This document shows, piece by piece, positions 1-13,686 of a stretch of DNA of 64,000 bases. The notes beneath the pieces were generated by a model. It was not told the DNA's origin. It worked only from the letters and a program-made list of their open reading frames with translations, and made no database searches. Source of the stretch: Lytechinus pictus (lineage: Eukaryota). Numbering within the stretch: position 1 is the stretch's first letter; the number at the start of each line of letters is the position of its first letter. The stretch spans positions 21,702,001 to 21,766,000 of the forward strand of contig NC_087245.1 in the NCBI RefSeq assembly GCF_037042905.1. Direction: 5' to 3'. The translations under genes and the position numbers were made by a program.

Positions 1-1035
1 CAGACTTCAGAAGCGAGCTGCCCGATACGTTACTGGTAATTTCGATATTATAGTGGGGAACATATTGTTAAGGATATTAAATGGACATCTATTGAACAAA
101 GAAGGGACTATATTTTAGCAAACTTGATTTATAAATGTATTCATGGAAAGGCCATATCTCGTTTATGTAATAATATTAAAATGGTTTGTGAAAGACATGA
201 TGTTAGAACACGTAATTATAATACACTAAATGTTGTTCCCCCTTAATCTAATATTGAATGCTTCAAGAAATCTTTTATGTTCTCCGCCGCACGGGTCTGG
301 AACAATTTGCCAAATTCACTTAAGAATGCAGTTTCAGTAAATTCTTTCAAATTATCCTTTAAAATGTATTTCCTATGATACCATGTCAATTTTCGACTCA
401 GTATGGCTGTCATACACAATCACTATGAGCATATGCATTCATCTCTATCTTCACCACTCCTTACTTTTCATGTTACTACCGATATTCCTATACTTTTAGG
501 TTCTTTCCAGATAGTATTTGTAATCCAATGATTTTTTTCCATAATAACCCTTATTTATATTTCATTTATTGAAATATACAATTCCCTTGTTCCTCTTTAA
601 CATTGTTGTCACGTTGCTATTATTTGTAATAATCTTAACCCTCTAATATTTTATAGTTATAGACATACATTTATAACTGATTGCCATTGTTTCACTCGAT
701 TTTCTATAATGCTATGATTATTTCATTGTTCAGTGTTTTTATCAGCGAAAAATTATACAATTATTAGTTTTATAATTAGTAACTGTTCCCTTTTGATAAC
801 TTAAATTATTTTAGTTTGATTCATAGTATCATTTAAGTAACAATATTTGTTTATTTATGTTACTAAGTATTGTTTATTTATGTTACTAAGTATTGTTATC
901 TTTGAATTAGATTTTGACTTTATTTTCATGTATGATATGTTGTTCTTTATGTTTCCATTAGGTCATTGATGAAAAACAGTTTTATGCTGATCTTAAGTAC
1001 CTGAATAAAATATGTTCTAATAAATAAATAAATGA
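1..1035 (+). mobile_element. 3' end of L2/Crack-like LINE (degenerate ORF2 C-terminus, 3' UTR, tail)
   Basis: Translates to RLQKRAARYVTG / KWTSIEQRRDYILANLIYKCIHG / FKKSFMFSAARVWNNLP with a stop and frameshift; ends in AATAAA and (TAAA)n at about 1004-1033. Confidence 0.8.
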
Positions 1036-1514
1036 TAAATTTTCATGTCCAAAAGTATGAGCTTGCGATTCGCACTCGCAACATCTCGTAAATATGACTT
1101 TTTAACAGTAATTAACGCCATGATTGACATGCCGTAAAGCGAGTTTCACAACTTCAGATTTGCATTATTTTGTCCAAACTGATTGTTTATTTATGTTACT
1201 AAGTATTGTTATCTTTGAATTAGATTTCTTGACATGCAGAAAAGCGAGTTTCACAACTTCAGATTTGCATTATTTTGTCCAAACCGATTGCTCGCTACGC
1301 TCGCTAGCAAAAATAAAGTCTAAATATAGATGTTATCAATCAAAAATCACTTTAAAAAGCTGTGCTCAACTTGATTACAACAAAACACACAACTATTTCA
1401 CGCAGATGATAATCTCATTGTGAAAATACCCGTTTGTACCATAATGCCCATTTTGACATATAAGTGCCCTTTTTGGCTTTGCCCCCCAAACGGAAATACG
1501 TTATGCCGCCCCTG
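1036..1514 (-). mobile_element. Fragment of hAT-like non-autonomous element, same family as 57454-58483
   Basis: 1240-1514 is a reverse-complement match to about 57454-57740 and ends GCCGCCCCTG. Confidence 0.6.
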
Positions 1515-2049
1515 CTATAATTCACCACTTTCATAACACATTATGTTACCAATGAACAAAACAAGTAGGCATGCTTTCTTCTAAAAAAAAATAGTTTCTC
1601 TGAATTGATACGATGCTGATCTCAAAATGTATACTTTTAAGACCATTTTGGAGGTAATTTTAAATTTTAAATAGTAAGATGGGCCAACGCATCGTGTTCA
1701 TGATTACAATTAGTGGTTAGAATGTCCCGTTCTTAAAAATTTAGCTCGCGCTTTGCAATCGCATCATTCAGTGGCATCCATCCTCTTTAACGTTCCTAAA
1801 TGATTAACATGATTAAATGTTTAACATGTCCATTACATACAAAATTACAGCTAACGCTTCACGCTCGCATTAATGAGTTTGTTTGGTAAGTTTACACTTT
1901 TTGCTTTATGCATTTTAGAATTGATATGATTAATAATCTTGTAGAAATAAGTACCTTGCCTTTCAATTTAATTCTTCTGAAATATTTTTACCTATATATA
2001 ACTTTCTACCTCCACACTAAAATTCATTGTCACCTTTGAAAAAAGAGAT

Positions 2050-2711
2050 GTCAAATGGCTCAACTTGCCCCATCTGTGGGGTAAGTTGAGCCACAAAAAA
2101 CCGTACAAAATTTATGGGGAATGACCAGCATGTCATTTTTATTCAAAACCTTTTCACTTGCTAATTCTCTATACGTTGGAAATACTAACATCCTCTAAAA
2201 CGAGTCATGTACATTTTTTCCTTTCTGGCTACATATCAATGGCTTTTTAATGTTTTTTCAATATATATATATAATATACATTACCATAAGAATTACGATG
2301 GCTCAACTAGCCCCATGTTGGCTGGCTCAACTTACCCCAGTCCGAACTTAAAGCGACAATTTCGCATCCACACATTCCTGCATCCATCATGCAAAAGACT
2401 ATATAACAAGAATGAAGATCCATACCTGGACTAAAAATATTGTTCTTATCTCTTTATTATATTTAAAGACGTGTGTGTAAAAAGCACTAATCTATTTCAC
2501 ACCCTTTTTTTACCTTTTTTTTGCTGAAATTTGTATTTTTCCCTCTAAAAAAGTACTATTTGTTTCAAAGTTGAAAAAATATGGTAGGGTTAGGGGTTAA
2601 GCAATGGGTCATCAATACATGACACCACCACAATGTCTGACTCATTCATTATCGGCATGGGGCTTGTTGCTCAACTTGCCCCTATGCTCAACTTACCCCC
2701 GCCTTCCCCTA
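2050..2711. mobile_element. Truncated MITE with repeated GGCTCAACTT(A/G)CCCC motifs
   Basis: Motif in both orientations near 2058, 2078, 2320, 2669 and 2685; one terminus CTTCCCC|TA. Confidence 0.5.
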
Positions 2712-4099
2712 CACTTTTAATCGATCTAGGCAAACGCCAATATGGCGTACTGCCTTAAACTTCAAGTACTAACTCAAATTCCTTCAATTTTAATACCTAA
2801 CATTAAGATAATATAACTTACCTGATTGGCTACCACCAAACTATGTTTTCCCGAGATCAGCTTCCTGAAGTTTCTATATCCTTTTCCCTGTCTCACACGC
2901 AGTAATATCAGGAAAATAAAATCTGTCGGATGTCTTTTCTTGGAAAGCACATATTTCCCTTAGCATTGACGCCGATGATGTTGTTGTTGCTTGCTGTACA
3001 TTCTACCCTATCTACGAAATACATTTGTCTCTCGCCTGCCACGCTCAGCTGTTCAAAATCCGGTTCAAATCTCCCGCCATTGTGTGCTCATGTTCTCCCC
3101 CAGTGCACGACAATGGCCCTATTATGGATGGTCATCGTGCGTCGTTTTGTTCATGTTCCTAGTGATTATATAATCTCGGTCAATGTCCTTTCAATAAAAT
3201 TCAACGCCTCTTCTTACTTTTAATTGTTCATGTCATAAAAGACAAAATAAACTAACACAAGAAATAGTAAATAAAATTTATAAAAAAGTCACTGAAATTT
3301 CGGAAAGCGATGTGCAGAATTTTTGTGGAGTTCATTAGATTCAACTTGAAAAAAGGCTGATATAATAGGGCAAAATTTGTGCACGATATGAGCGCGAATC
3401 AGTAATAATTTATTCCGTAATACTAAAATGATTTGTTTTATCTAACAGTACTTTGTTTACCATAATTAGTTTTCTTCGGGTAAAATAGATCTGATAAATG
3501 AAAACAAATACTAAGGTACTTTAGGATATATTTCTAGTTTATATTTCACATTCTCTATATTCTTCCTCCTTCTTTATTTCATGCCACAATATAGACCCGA
3601 CCTCTGTTCTTTTTTGTTATTTTCATATAATAATACGTCATTTAGGTTTTAAAATTCGTTGATCTTTGTAACAAACTTTTTAATAAGTTTTGTTATACCG
3701 CGTGAGGTAAAAACAAATCTTGACACCTCACAAATCCCCAATTTGAGGGAAAAAATACGTCATGAACACATAATTATTATATATGGCCTGAAAGAGTGTA
3801 TTCTCCTTAATAATTTGGTACCATTTTTATATTGTATGTGTTAACGCTTGGATGATCAGGTATTCTTTGCTGTGATGTAAATTTTAATTGATTTGCGCCA
3901 AAGTAAGGTATAACTACAATTAATGAATCCAGATGTCATAATCCTACAATGGTTGCATTAAAATCTATTTCAAATACCTTTTCAATAATTTACATTATAA
4001 TTGCTTATGATCACTTTTTAGTATCAATTGTCAAGTTAATTTCATTGAAAATAGATTTACAAATATGAAGAGCTCAGTTGCAAAAGGTCCATTTCTCAT

Positions 4100-4735
4100 C
4101 AAATTTGATTTAAAAAAAAATAAATGTATAGATATTTAGTAGCTCTATAAGATGATACCAAAGAAATGTTGAAAATTCCCATTAAAAAGTAAACAAAAAT
4201 GACAAAGAAAAATCTCTTTTTTCAAAATGGGTTAGGTCCACAAAGTTTCTTTTTGGAATAGAATATTTATAAAAAAAATATGAAGACAGGTAGATTTTTT
4301 TGTACCCAATTTATGTTCACATGGTATGAGGGTATCATGAAAATTTAATTTTGCATAAGAATATTGGAATATGGACGAATAAAAAAAAAATGTTTTCCTG
4401 TGGATCTAACCCCTTTTGAAACCAAACTCTTCTGAAGAGCTCATTTTTCAAAAGGGTTTAGGTCAATTTTTTCATAAATTTTATTGTTTTCTGTCTCTAA
4501 ACCTATAGATTTTTAGTCGCTCTGATGATACCAAAGAAAATTTGAAATTTACATTAAAACGTTAATAAAAGTGGCAAAGAAAAATCACTCTTTATTCAAA
4601 TGAGATTGGCATTTCATTTTGTTTGCAAAAGGGGTTAGGTCCACAATGACAGTTTTGGAGAAAAAAGGAAAAAAAAATGAAGACAGGTAGATATCTTTTA
4701 TACCCAATTTTATGTTCACATGATAGGGTAGTACA
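4100..4735. repeat. Diverged direct duplication, period about 375-400 bp
   Basis: GATGATACCAAAGAAA...GGTTAGGTCCACAA...GAAGACAGGTAGAT...TTATGTTCACATG occurs at about 4151-4323 and 4523-4722. Confidence 0.6.
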
Positions 4736-6209
4736 CAACCGCGTAGCCAGGATTTCATTTTGGAGAGGGCGGTAAATGCACGCGAAGCGTGCCAACGCTT
4801 ACAGAGCGCGCGAAGCGCGCTCCCTAGGGGGTGGGTGCAGGGAGGAGGAGTTTCCCCCTAGCTCCCGCGCGAAGCTTTTGGTGTTTCATAAATCAAAATG
4901 AAAAGGAGTCGTCTCTCTTGTCTCTAGTATCTATATCAGCTCCAATTCAGTTGACTATATTGTGATTTTGAACCTGGTTTTCAAAAAAGATTGTGAACGC
5001 ACAAAAAAGGAATACAATGGAGGAAATTAAAATGATAATAACCCCGCGCGAAGTGCGGAAGCTAAAGCGTTTTATCAATTTTTTGCCATGAAAAGGGTCC
5101 CGAGAAAAGGATATTCTCAAACATATATTGAATACTTCCCTTGGAAAGATCAGATTTGAATACAAACAATTTAGCGACAGTGCATATCTTTAACTCGCAA
5201 AACAGAGGAGAAGAAGTGTATATAAGCCAGGAGGAAGACATTCCTCCCCGCGCAGAGCAACGAAACTCTGAAATTTCAAAGGGCGGATGTTTCATCAAAA
5301 TAATGCAGATATCTCCAATACCCCATCGGCTCTAATTCAATTAATTTTCTAAGATTATTGAACTTCATTAAAAGGAAAATAGTGCGCAAAAAGTTGAAAC
5401 TTCTGTGATTTATTGAAATTATATAAAAAGGATGCCTAATTTCTTTGACTTATCCTGAAGCGCTTCATTTTGAATTATAAAGAAACTTAAGAGTCATTCA
5501 AAATTCAAACTGAGGGCGAAAAACAGGACAGGAGATGAATGTACAGGGAAATGACATGAAGTTGAATAGAATTTGATAAAAAAATATTGTACTTTTTTAT
5601 TTAATACCCTTATACGATACGAATTTTATACCTTCCTCTTTTTGGATTAGGAACCTGTTTGCCCCAAAAATTATGGTTGTTTAGTAATGAGCTGAAAAGC
5701 GGGAGAAGTTGACTTTATGGAGGTGACGGCAGAAATTGATATAAAGATTTTACCCACCCGGACCCGACCCGACCAGAAGTTGCGCGATCAATTAAAAAAA
5801 AAGATAACTTCATATACTTCGGCCTAACCTTACTCTAATTCCATGCCCTAATGTATACATTTGAACTTTAACTGGCAATAAACACATATAGCTGAGGTAG
5901 AAAAACAGGGTTAGAGAAAGGGTGGGGGAAACAATGGAGATCTTCAATATTTTCATTTAACCGCGCGCAGCGCGGAAGCAAAATTCATAATCATAAATTT
6001 AGAGCAAGAGTGAAGGAGTTTCTCTTTTGAGAAAAAAAAAGAATAAAAAGAAAAAAACCCCACAAAGCTACCTTTCTTCCCTTTACTCCCTTCCCTTTTC
6101 CTTTTCTCCTCTCTTTTTTCCCTTCTTTTTTTTCTTTTTGGGGACGTTTTTTTTTTTTTGGGGGGGGGGCGACCGCCCCCACCGCCCCCCCCCCCTGGCT
6201 ACGCGCCTG
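4736..6209. mobile_element. hAT-like non-autonomous element
   Basis: TIR CA(AC/GG)CGCGTAGCCAGG; exact 8-bp TSD GTAGTACA at 4728-4735 and 6210-6217. Confidence 0.85.
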
Positions 6210-6329
6210 GTAGTACATCCTGACAATTTAGTTTCTCATATAAGAATATAAGAATATCTAGAAATCTATAGCCTAGCCCTAGGCCTATACTACTTTAAAA
6301 AACATTTAAAAGCCCATGGAAGCCATCTT

Positions 6330-6492
6330 TTTAACACTATTCACATCTAAAACCTTTTCTCTCTGTTCGGTGAAAGATGAAATAACCGACAATCCATTCA
6401 ACTCGGTTACGTCTCGTTGAATGGATCATTTCATCTTTCACCTCATGAAGTATTCTGTCCACTAATTGCACTCATAAACATTAATTATTTGT
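6330..6492. mobile_element. Short palindromic element (possibly Crypton-derived)
   Basis: GGTGAAAGATGAAA..TCCATTCAAC-loop-GTTGAATGGA..TTTCATCTTTCACC hairpin. Confidence 0.4.
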
Positions 6493-7119
6493 TTACTGTA
6501 TATATATGCAAAGAACCTTTCATAGTATTGTACCAGGAGAAATTTTGTATTATGAAGACCTGATGCATGTGCAGATATGTTGGAATCCTAAAACAAACAA
6601 AAAGGTTAAAGGCAAAAATTATAAGAGTAAAGTAGCAAGTTTTTCATACATTAATGGTATATTCATCAGTTTGCAACTGGATCATGACAAATGAATTATT
6701 AGAAAGAACTACTCATGCAAATACTACTTTTAATAATGATGGCATCATTATGAAGGTCAGACCATCACTGTTTCGTTTTTTCCTATATTATACATCATAT
6801 GTCCTTAAATTTTCACATATAGTCAACAATGATTCACTGGCCAATAGACCTTTGAAAAATCTTATTGTTAGATGATACTTGAGTATAATTCACATTATTC
6901 AATCTTCACCAAGGCTTTAAACACATTTCGAAATAAAAGTAATAGCAACAACGATAAGCCCACTCGTATAGCAACTGTATCTAATCACATTATGAAGCTT
7001 AGACATCATTCCCCCTCACATATGAGCCAGAAAAGTAAATGTGTGTTCATATCTTGTACTAAAGATGTTTTAAGAACATTTTTTATGATTATCTTTAGAA
7101 GAAAATAAAGTTGTCTTAC

Positions 7120-7184
7120 CTTGTAAGCTTGTAAATTATCTGTTGCTTTTGGTAATCCCATATATTTTTCAGTATAAACAGAAT
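7120..7184 (-). pseudogene. DPP4-like exon
   Basis: DSVYTEKYMGLPKATDNLQAYK, like DSVYTERYMGLP. Confidence 0.9.
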
Positions 7185-7560
7185 CTGTAAGAGAAAGATA
7201 TAATACAAGAATATAATGTATACAAACTCCAAATAAGTTGAAAAACAAGAAAAAAAATCAAAATGTTTATCTATGGGCCAGGGCCCACAAAAGAAAATTT
7301 CATTACTGTTGCCAACAGGCATTTGAGCTCGCACAGGAATTAAACCACTGATAAAATATTGCACAAATTCCATTACACTAACGAAGAAATATTGAATTAC
7401 TTGTTCATTTAAAATTGACATCATATTTATGATGTAAGATTATAATTTTTAAATGTGGAAGAACATATATGAAAGCACTTAGCTTAAACATTATGATTTA
7501 TGGATGAACTTATGATTTGTTAATGTCTATTGTAATATTAATTCATCACACGTACCTTAC

Positions 7561-7654
7561 CATAAAATCTCCAATCAGTGACAGGGGCTACAGCCATTGT
7601 ACAGTTAAATTTACCATATGTAGCAGCTAACGTTGAAGCAAAACCTTCATATGA
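7561..7654 (-). pseudogene. DPP4-like catalytic-Ser exon
   Basis: SYEGFASTLAATYGKFNCTMAVAPVTDWRFY; TAG and GTAAGG sites. Confidence 0.88.
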
Positions 7655-7983
7655 CTAAATATGAATGGTAAAGGAAGCCAAATAGGTATCATTAATATTC
7701 AAATGAAATTACAGACTAATTTTTACCACACATATCATAAAAATGCTTTGATGCGTAATTATTTATCAATTATTATGTCTACTCTAAATGTTGTTAGCAG
7801 TGTTCTGTCCTCTTCTGTGGACATGGAAATAAATCTCTTCCAGTTTATTACTGAATGTGAGCAACCTTATAAAGTTATGTCAGATTGAAAAAAATCAAGC
7901 TTATCAATTTTATGTCCAAAATACTTGTTCCTAAAAAACAACTCTTAAACAATTCTTAAACTAAAATGGACGTTTATACTCAC

Positions 7984-8041
7984 CCATCCCCAAATAGCTG
8001 TTTTGTTCCAGTCCAAGTAACGATACGTATCCAATAAATAG
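7984..8041 (-). pseudogene. DPP4-like exon preceding the nucleophile Ser
   Basis: YLLDTYRYLDWNKTAIWGW|GTGAGT; acceptor reads CAA instead of CAG. Confidence 0.85.
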
Positions 8042-8544
8042 TTGGATGAAATTGAAAAAAAATAAAACCAAATTTGAAATGGGGAAAGAACATACTTTCA
8101 TAATAGCTTGTATGAACAATAGAACATGTATTCAAATAAAATTAATGATTCACTTTTATAGCATAATTATGCAAATAAACACTCCTAATTGATTTTACAA
8201 TTCTGAGGCATTGTAGATTTTACACACAATCAAATATAATAGATCTCAAAAGTATGGTTAGATTTTATATTGTAACAAATAAAGATGTTGATACTTATGC
8301 CTTCAATTAGTACACAAAGGGGAAGCACAATAATTCAGTCAGCACAATAATAATCTTGTAATCCAATGAGCGATGTTCAAAATTTATCTGGCTACAGTTT
8401 CACAAAAACTTGTGATTGATTCAATCATTCCCAACGATAACATAGCAAGAAACATCATCATCTAGAATATGAAATCCTTTCAAGTGTCCATGAAATGCTT
8501 GAAATATGAGATCAATGTTATCATCATAAATTTATTTATATAAT

Positions 8545-8710
8545 AATTTGATCTTCAATTTCAACTGTGCCCAATCTTTTGTATATATAGATCTCATAAA
8601 GTAGCTTCTGACCATTTATATGCCGATCCACGCCCATCGATACGAGCAATAATCACATGGTGATTACTACTCAAATATGAATACCAGCCCTGGTGATATT
8701 TGGCATCCAC
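8545..8710 (-). pseudogene. DPP4-like exon, frameshifted and 3'-truncated
   Basis: VDAKYHQGWYSYLSSNHHVIIARIDGRGSAY / GQKLLYEIYIYKRLGTVEIEDQI, then a stop and no donor. Confidence 0.88.
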
Positions 8711-9204
8711 CTGCAGAAAAACAAAAGGATGAAATAATTGTTTCTATCAAACTTAGGATAAAGTTTATGGATAGAAGATACAAGATTTTTATATATTTGT
8801 TTCCTAAGGTTCAACTAAACTTACATACATACACATAGAAAATTAGTCTTGTAATCCGTTTTAATGGAGAGAAAGCATACAATGTTTTGCTATTTCCCAT
8901 TGATAAGCAGAACCTTATAGACTAGGTAAACTTTTCTTAAAGTTTATTATCACTAAGACAAAAATTTCTTCATAAAAATAGCTTATCTAATTCTTAGTTT
9001 GATAAATAGCGGTCAGGTAGATCAAACTTAAGAAAGCATTACACAGAATCCAATCTTCTGAAATTTGAAATAATGTTAAGGAAATTATATTTTAAAAGAG
9101 AAATAATCACTTAAAATATACCCCTTATGCACATTAGTTTCTGATCAGTCTCTTACTCATCTCATTTTCCACATGAAAATGAGTGAATTAACTCATCAGT
9201 CAGT

Positions 9205-9960
9205 TTATCATTTCCCACTGCTGCAACCAAAATAGTATGGATACCAAATTACTGCCCACCCCTAAAGTATAAACATCTCAACTCTGCCACAATATAAAAA
9301 TCTCACTGCTGCCACTACAAAAATTTGTATTATCCCACTACTGCCACCACTAACAATTGATACTCAATTCTAAACACATCTACCACTGCTGCATGACACC
9401 ACCATATATAGTACATATATCCCATCTCTGCCACTACAACAGTTTGTAATATATGCCGCTGCTGCCACCATGATATCTCATTCACACTACATCTACAACT
9501 ATTGACACCACCAGAGTAAATATATCCCACTGCTGCCACCCCTAAACAATCATCCCATTCCAACCATCTACTACTGCTGCCTGACATCACCATTGTGCAG
9601 ATATCCAATCTCTGCTACCACGTCAGTTTGTAATCCCACTGCTGCCACTCCTAAACCATTGATATCCCATTCCCACTACATCTACCCAAGCTGCTAACAC
9701 CACAGTACAGAAATCCCGTCTCTGCTGCAACAACAACAGCTTGTAATATCGACTGCTGTACCCCAATACAGTTGATACGCATACCCCATTCCCATCACAT
9801 CTATCACTGTTGACACCACCACAATCCTATCTTTGCCACCAAAACAGTTACTTTGTAATATCCCACTGATAACAATTGTCCACTTTCATCACCACACTAT
9901 ATATCTAACACACCAGTAAAGTTATAAATATCCCACTGCTGAAACACACCACTACAGCTC
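9205..9960. repeat. Degenerate minisatellite in a DPP-like intron
   Basis: Recurrent ATCCCACTGCTGCCAC and CATCTCTGCCAC units. Confidence 0.65.
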
Positions 9961-9991
9961 AAGAGAGTAGCAGATAAGATGACATTCTTAC

Positions 9992-10138
9992 CTGTTGTGT
10001 GCCAGGTCCTGCATAGACGTCAACCAGTAACGGATGCCTACGCTGATCATCCATTGACCGCGGAATAAGAAGCTCGATTTGGATGTCAAAATTACCATCT
10101 GAAGACTTGACAGTGTGGAACGTCTTCATCACAAAATC
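9992..10138 (-). pseudogene. DPP4-like exon
   Basis: ...IELLIPRSMDDQRRHPLLVDVYAGPGTQQ, like KKYPLLLDVYAGPCSQK; TAG and GTAAGA sites. Confidence 0.9.
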
Positions 10139-10676
10139 CTATATATGAAGAAAAAAAAATCAATATTCTGAGTAAGTTCTTGTAGAAATTTTAAGTGAAG
10201 TGTGAAAATTTACATGAAAAAATAATTATTTCATACCACAGGAAAATTAGATATGTATGGTTTCTTTTATAGAAGTCACTGTTCATTATTGGATTCTGCA
10301 AGATACAAGCATCAGTATACCATATACATTCTCAAAAATATCTTTTACAGCTTTGTTGACCTTCTTCATTAATAGAATTCTGAGGTATAATGTAATAGTA
10401 ATGTTCAGAATGAAACATAATCCATTAAAAGTAAAATGTTCAGGAGACTGAAAGTTAACAGTTGATATGTGACTATTGGAACAATTTTACTATATACAAT
10501 GTCATAGTACACATGAATAAAACATCGAGTCTATTCCATGGATCATTTCACTGAAGTTGGAAATTTTTATTAAACCTGTACGTTCTATGCTAATTTTCCA
10601 TTCGCTACCATTTTGAATGAACTCTTACAGGATTTCAAACTTCACTCAAATTGAATCTAACATGTCAAAGACTAAC

Positions 10677-10894
10677 CTTATCAGCCAGAGCCGCCTTGAC
10701 GCCAGCATTATCTACCAAAACTGTGAAGTTTGCCGAATCAATGGAATTAAGGAATGTCTGAGGTACATCAGGACCATGGCACTGTAGGATGTACCGGGTT
10801 GCCTTGTCGTTGAAGTCTGCACTGACGTAGGAGCAACCTTCAATTAATTACATCACATGTCAGGCAGTTTCTCTCCTTGGTCACAATGTTCAAA
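10677..10894 (-). pseudogene. DPP4-like Cys-rich exon with frameshift
   Basis: RNCLTCDVI / EGCSYVSADFNDKATRYILQCHGPDVP; AATT duplication at 10842-10849 shifts the frame. Confidence 0.85.
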
Positions 10895-11331
10895 CTGAAT
10901 GGAAGATAAGAAATTATCCATCAAGAATATGATAAAAACTCTATCAAAATTGTTAAAAGAAGTTTATATTGATATTGTATTATCAATATTCTGAAAATAT
11001 TTTGCACATTTTTATGGGCTTTACATAGTCATATTCTGTGCCCCATTCAATTAATTTAATTTTTTAACCCTCTATCACCTCTGCTTTTATCATATATTGT
11101 TTGTTTGGTTGATACTTTATTCATAAGTTTTAACTATATATGTCTCCTCATCTGTATATGTTTTGTTTTCAGAAATTAAATATGAATATAGTGCTTATTA
11201 TTAATAGCACTGTTAAGAAATTGTCAAAATATACTGTAGCATATATGATAAAATCAAACAACGTTAAAAAGCAGTTCCATCATGAATAACATAATACACG
11301 TACGTCTATTGCAGTATTCAAAGTCTCTCAC

Positions 11332-11472
11332 CTCAGTGTACAATGTTCTGTTAATGGATCCATCCTCGGTACTCAAGTAAAAGGGAAGGTTCCTCTCTGC
11401 ATTGTAGCCAACAATCTGTGTTACTTCCCAGATTCCCTGGGTCAAGAAAGTGACCTGACCCCGCTGACCACT
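11332..11472 (-). pseudogene. DPP4-like beta-propeller exon
   Basis: SGQRGQVTFLTQGIWEVTQIVGYNAERNLPFYLSTEDGSINRTLYTE; ends in phase 0 while the next exon needs phase 2. Confidence 0.85.
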
Positions 11473-11552
11473 CTGCAAAAATAAAGATAAATTAAAAATA
11501 TTTTAGCATTTCGGATCATTTTGGCATTTTAATATAGTATTGCATTATACTA

Positions 11553-13332
11553 CAGTGCGTCCCAAAAAAAACTATACACTTTTGAAATGGCTGCCATATA
11601 GAAAATATAGCACTTTGGGGGAAATAACTTATAGATATGGAAAGCCAATAAAGTCAACTTTCAAGTGACACCAAAAATTTGGAAAACTATTCATGATTGA
11701 GCGAGCACTGCCCACTGAAACAAAGGGTATGAAAATTAGGGTGGGCCGGAATTAGCCTTCCAATTTCTTTCAGGTTTTTTGTTTGGTACTTGCAAAGTTG
11801 AGGGTTATTTGGTGAATTAAAGATCAGTTGTGATCAGTTTGTTGTTTGTGAAAATTTAATGCGTTATTTATTACATTGCATTTAAATGCATGAGTGATCG
11901 TGAATTGCAATTTTTAGTGCAGCATTTTGTCTTTATTATGGGGATCTCAACAATGTGTTTATGAAAGTCAGGAGAAGAGGGGGTAATATGACTTAGGTAG
12001 GTGAAGTGCGTTGATGGGATAAAGGTCAACAGAACATTTAGCAACCCCTCCCTCCATCTCAACCCCCCGCTTCTCTCCTCCTCAGACACTGAGCTCGGCT
12101 AGGCTGGGCTGGAATTAGCCTTACAGTTTTTTGAGTGGTTAGTCCTTTGGAACTTGCTAAGGTAAATTAATGAGTGAGTTAAGTTTTGGTTTCTTAGGCA
12201 AATTTCATGAGTTACTAAATTGAAATGTAATGCATGAGTGAACAGGAATTGAAATTTTAGTGTAGCATATTCATCTTGTGGACCTCAGAAGTGTGTTCGT
12301 GAGAGTCAGAGTAAGGTGATGGTACCTGTTACAAGCAAGAGGGCGAGATATGCTAAGACTTGGTTAAAAGGGCATTCCTCTTCTTTTTGTCCTTTTACAA
12401 ATTAAAAGTCCTATGTACCCTCCCCTCTCCACTTCCATTTCCCAGCCCCGGCCCCCCTCTCTGTCTCACTTCCTGGATTGTAGCCTTTTCAAAACTTAGC
12501 TGCCAAGTGACCGGTGGCTGATGGTCACTTTTTTATTGAATTATTACCAAGAAATTTAATGATTATGATGATTGATTTATTGAAAAAAAAAACTGAATGT
12601 TTGATTGATCACATTGCACATTGAATGAGTTGATTTACTGATACATTGTTGATGAAATGATTGATAGGAAAAAGTTGATGCCCCAATTGAGAATTAATCA
12701 TTAAATCAACATTCCGCTCTGGACTTCACGCGTACATGACAATAGCCATCAGTCTCTCAACAGGAGGGGATGGCGGGAAAGAGGGAGGGGGCGGGGGCTG
12801 AATGTTCTGTTGACCGTTATTCTATCAACCTACTTCTCCCACTTAAGTCCTATCTCACCCCCTATTCTCCCGACTCCCATGAACACATTGCTGAGATCCA
12901 CATGATAAAGTTGAAATGCTGCCCAAAAAGAGATCCAAATGATAAAGTTGAAATGCTGCCCAAAAAGTGTAATTTGCGTTCACTCATGCATTAAAGTTCA
13001 ATTTGATAATTTATAAAATTTGCATAAGCAACCAAAACTGGTCACGGTTGATCATTAATTTATCACAACGCCCTTAACTTTGCAAGTTCGAAAGGATATG
13101 CCTCTTTAAAACTGACATAAATTGGAAGGCTAATTCCAGCCCACCCTAATTTTCATACCCTTTGTTTCAGTGGACAGTGCTCGCTCAAGCACGAACAGTT
13201 TTCCAACTTGTTGGTGTCATTTTAAAGTTGACTTTATTGGCTTTCCATATATGTAAGTCTTTCCCCCCAAAATGCTATATTTTTAATTTGGCAGCCATTT
13301 CAAAAGTGTATAGTTTTTTTAGGGACGCACTG
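11553..13332. mobile_element. Tc1/mariner-type non-autonomous element with long TIRs
   Basis: TA|CAGTGCGTCCC...GGGACGCACTG|TA; inverted arms over 200 bp with further patchy inverted similarity; no transposase ORF. Confidence 0.88.
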
Positions 13333-13686
13333 TATAGCTTGGTTATTTTTTTATGCAACAAACGAATTTAAGAATAAACAGAAAAGCTTTTGTTCACGTA
13401 AAAAAATAAAAACTATGCAAAATATACATATTTTATTGAATTTTATATATGGTCATCTTGACCCAAGGAATACCACATTAAGGACTCAACTTTATATTCA
13501 AATTTGTAAGTTTAAGGAAAATAAAAAGAAAATTTAAAAAAGATAAAGGGAATGTTTCACAAAGACTATTTTGGGGAATTTTCACCTGCAGATGTTAAAC
13601 GCTACTGGAAATCCTTCCATCTCATTTGCTGAGGCCAAATTAGTCAATGACAATCATTGATAACACATTTCAAAATGTAAACTGAC

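Noticed and set aside
3200..7100. DPP exons carrying the catalytic Asp and His
   Set aside because: No HGxxDDNV-like or DxxH-like coding segment with splice sites was found by eye; a tBLASTn search would be decisive.
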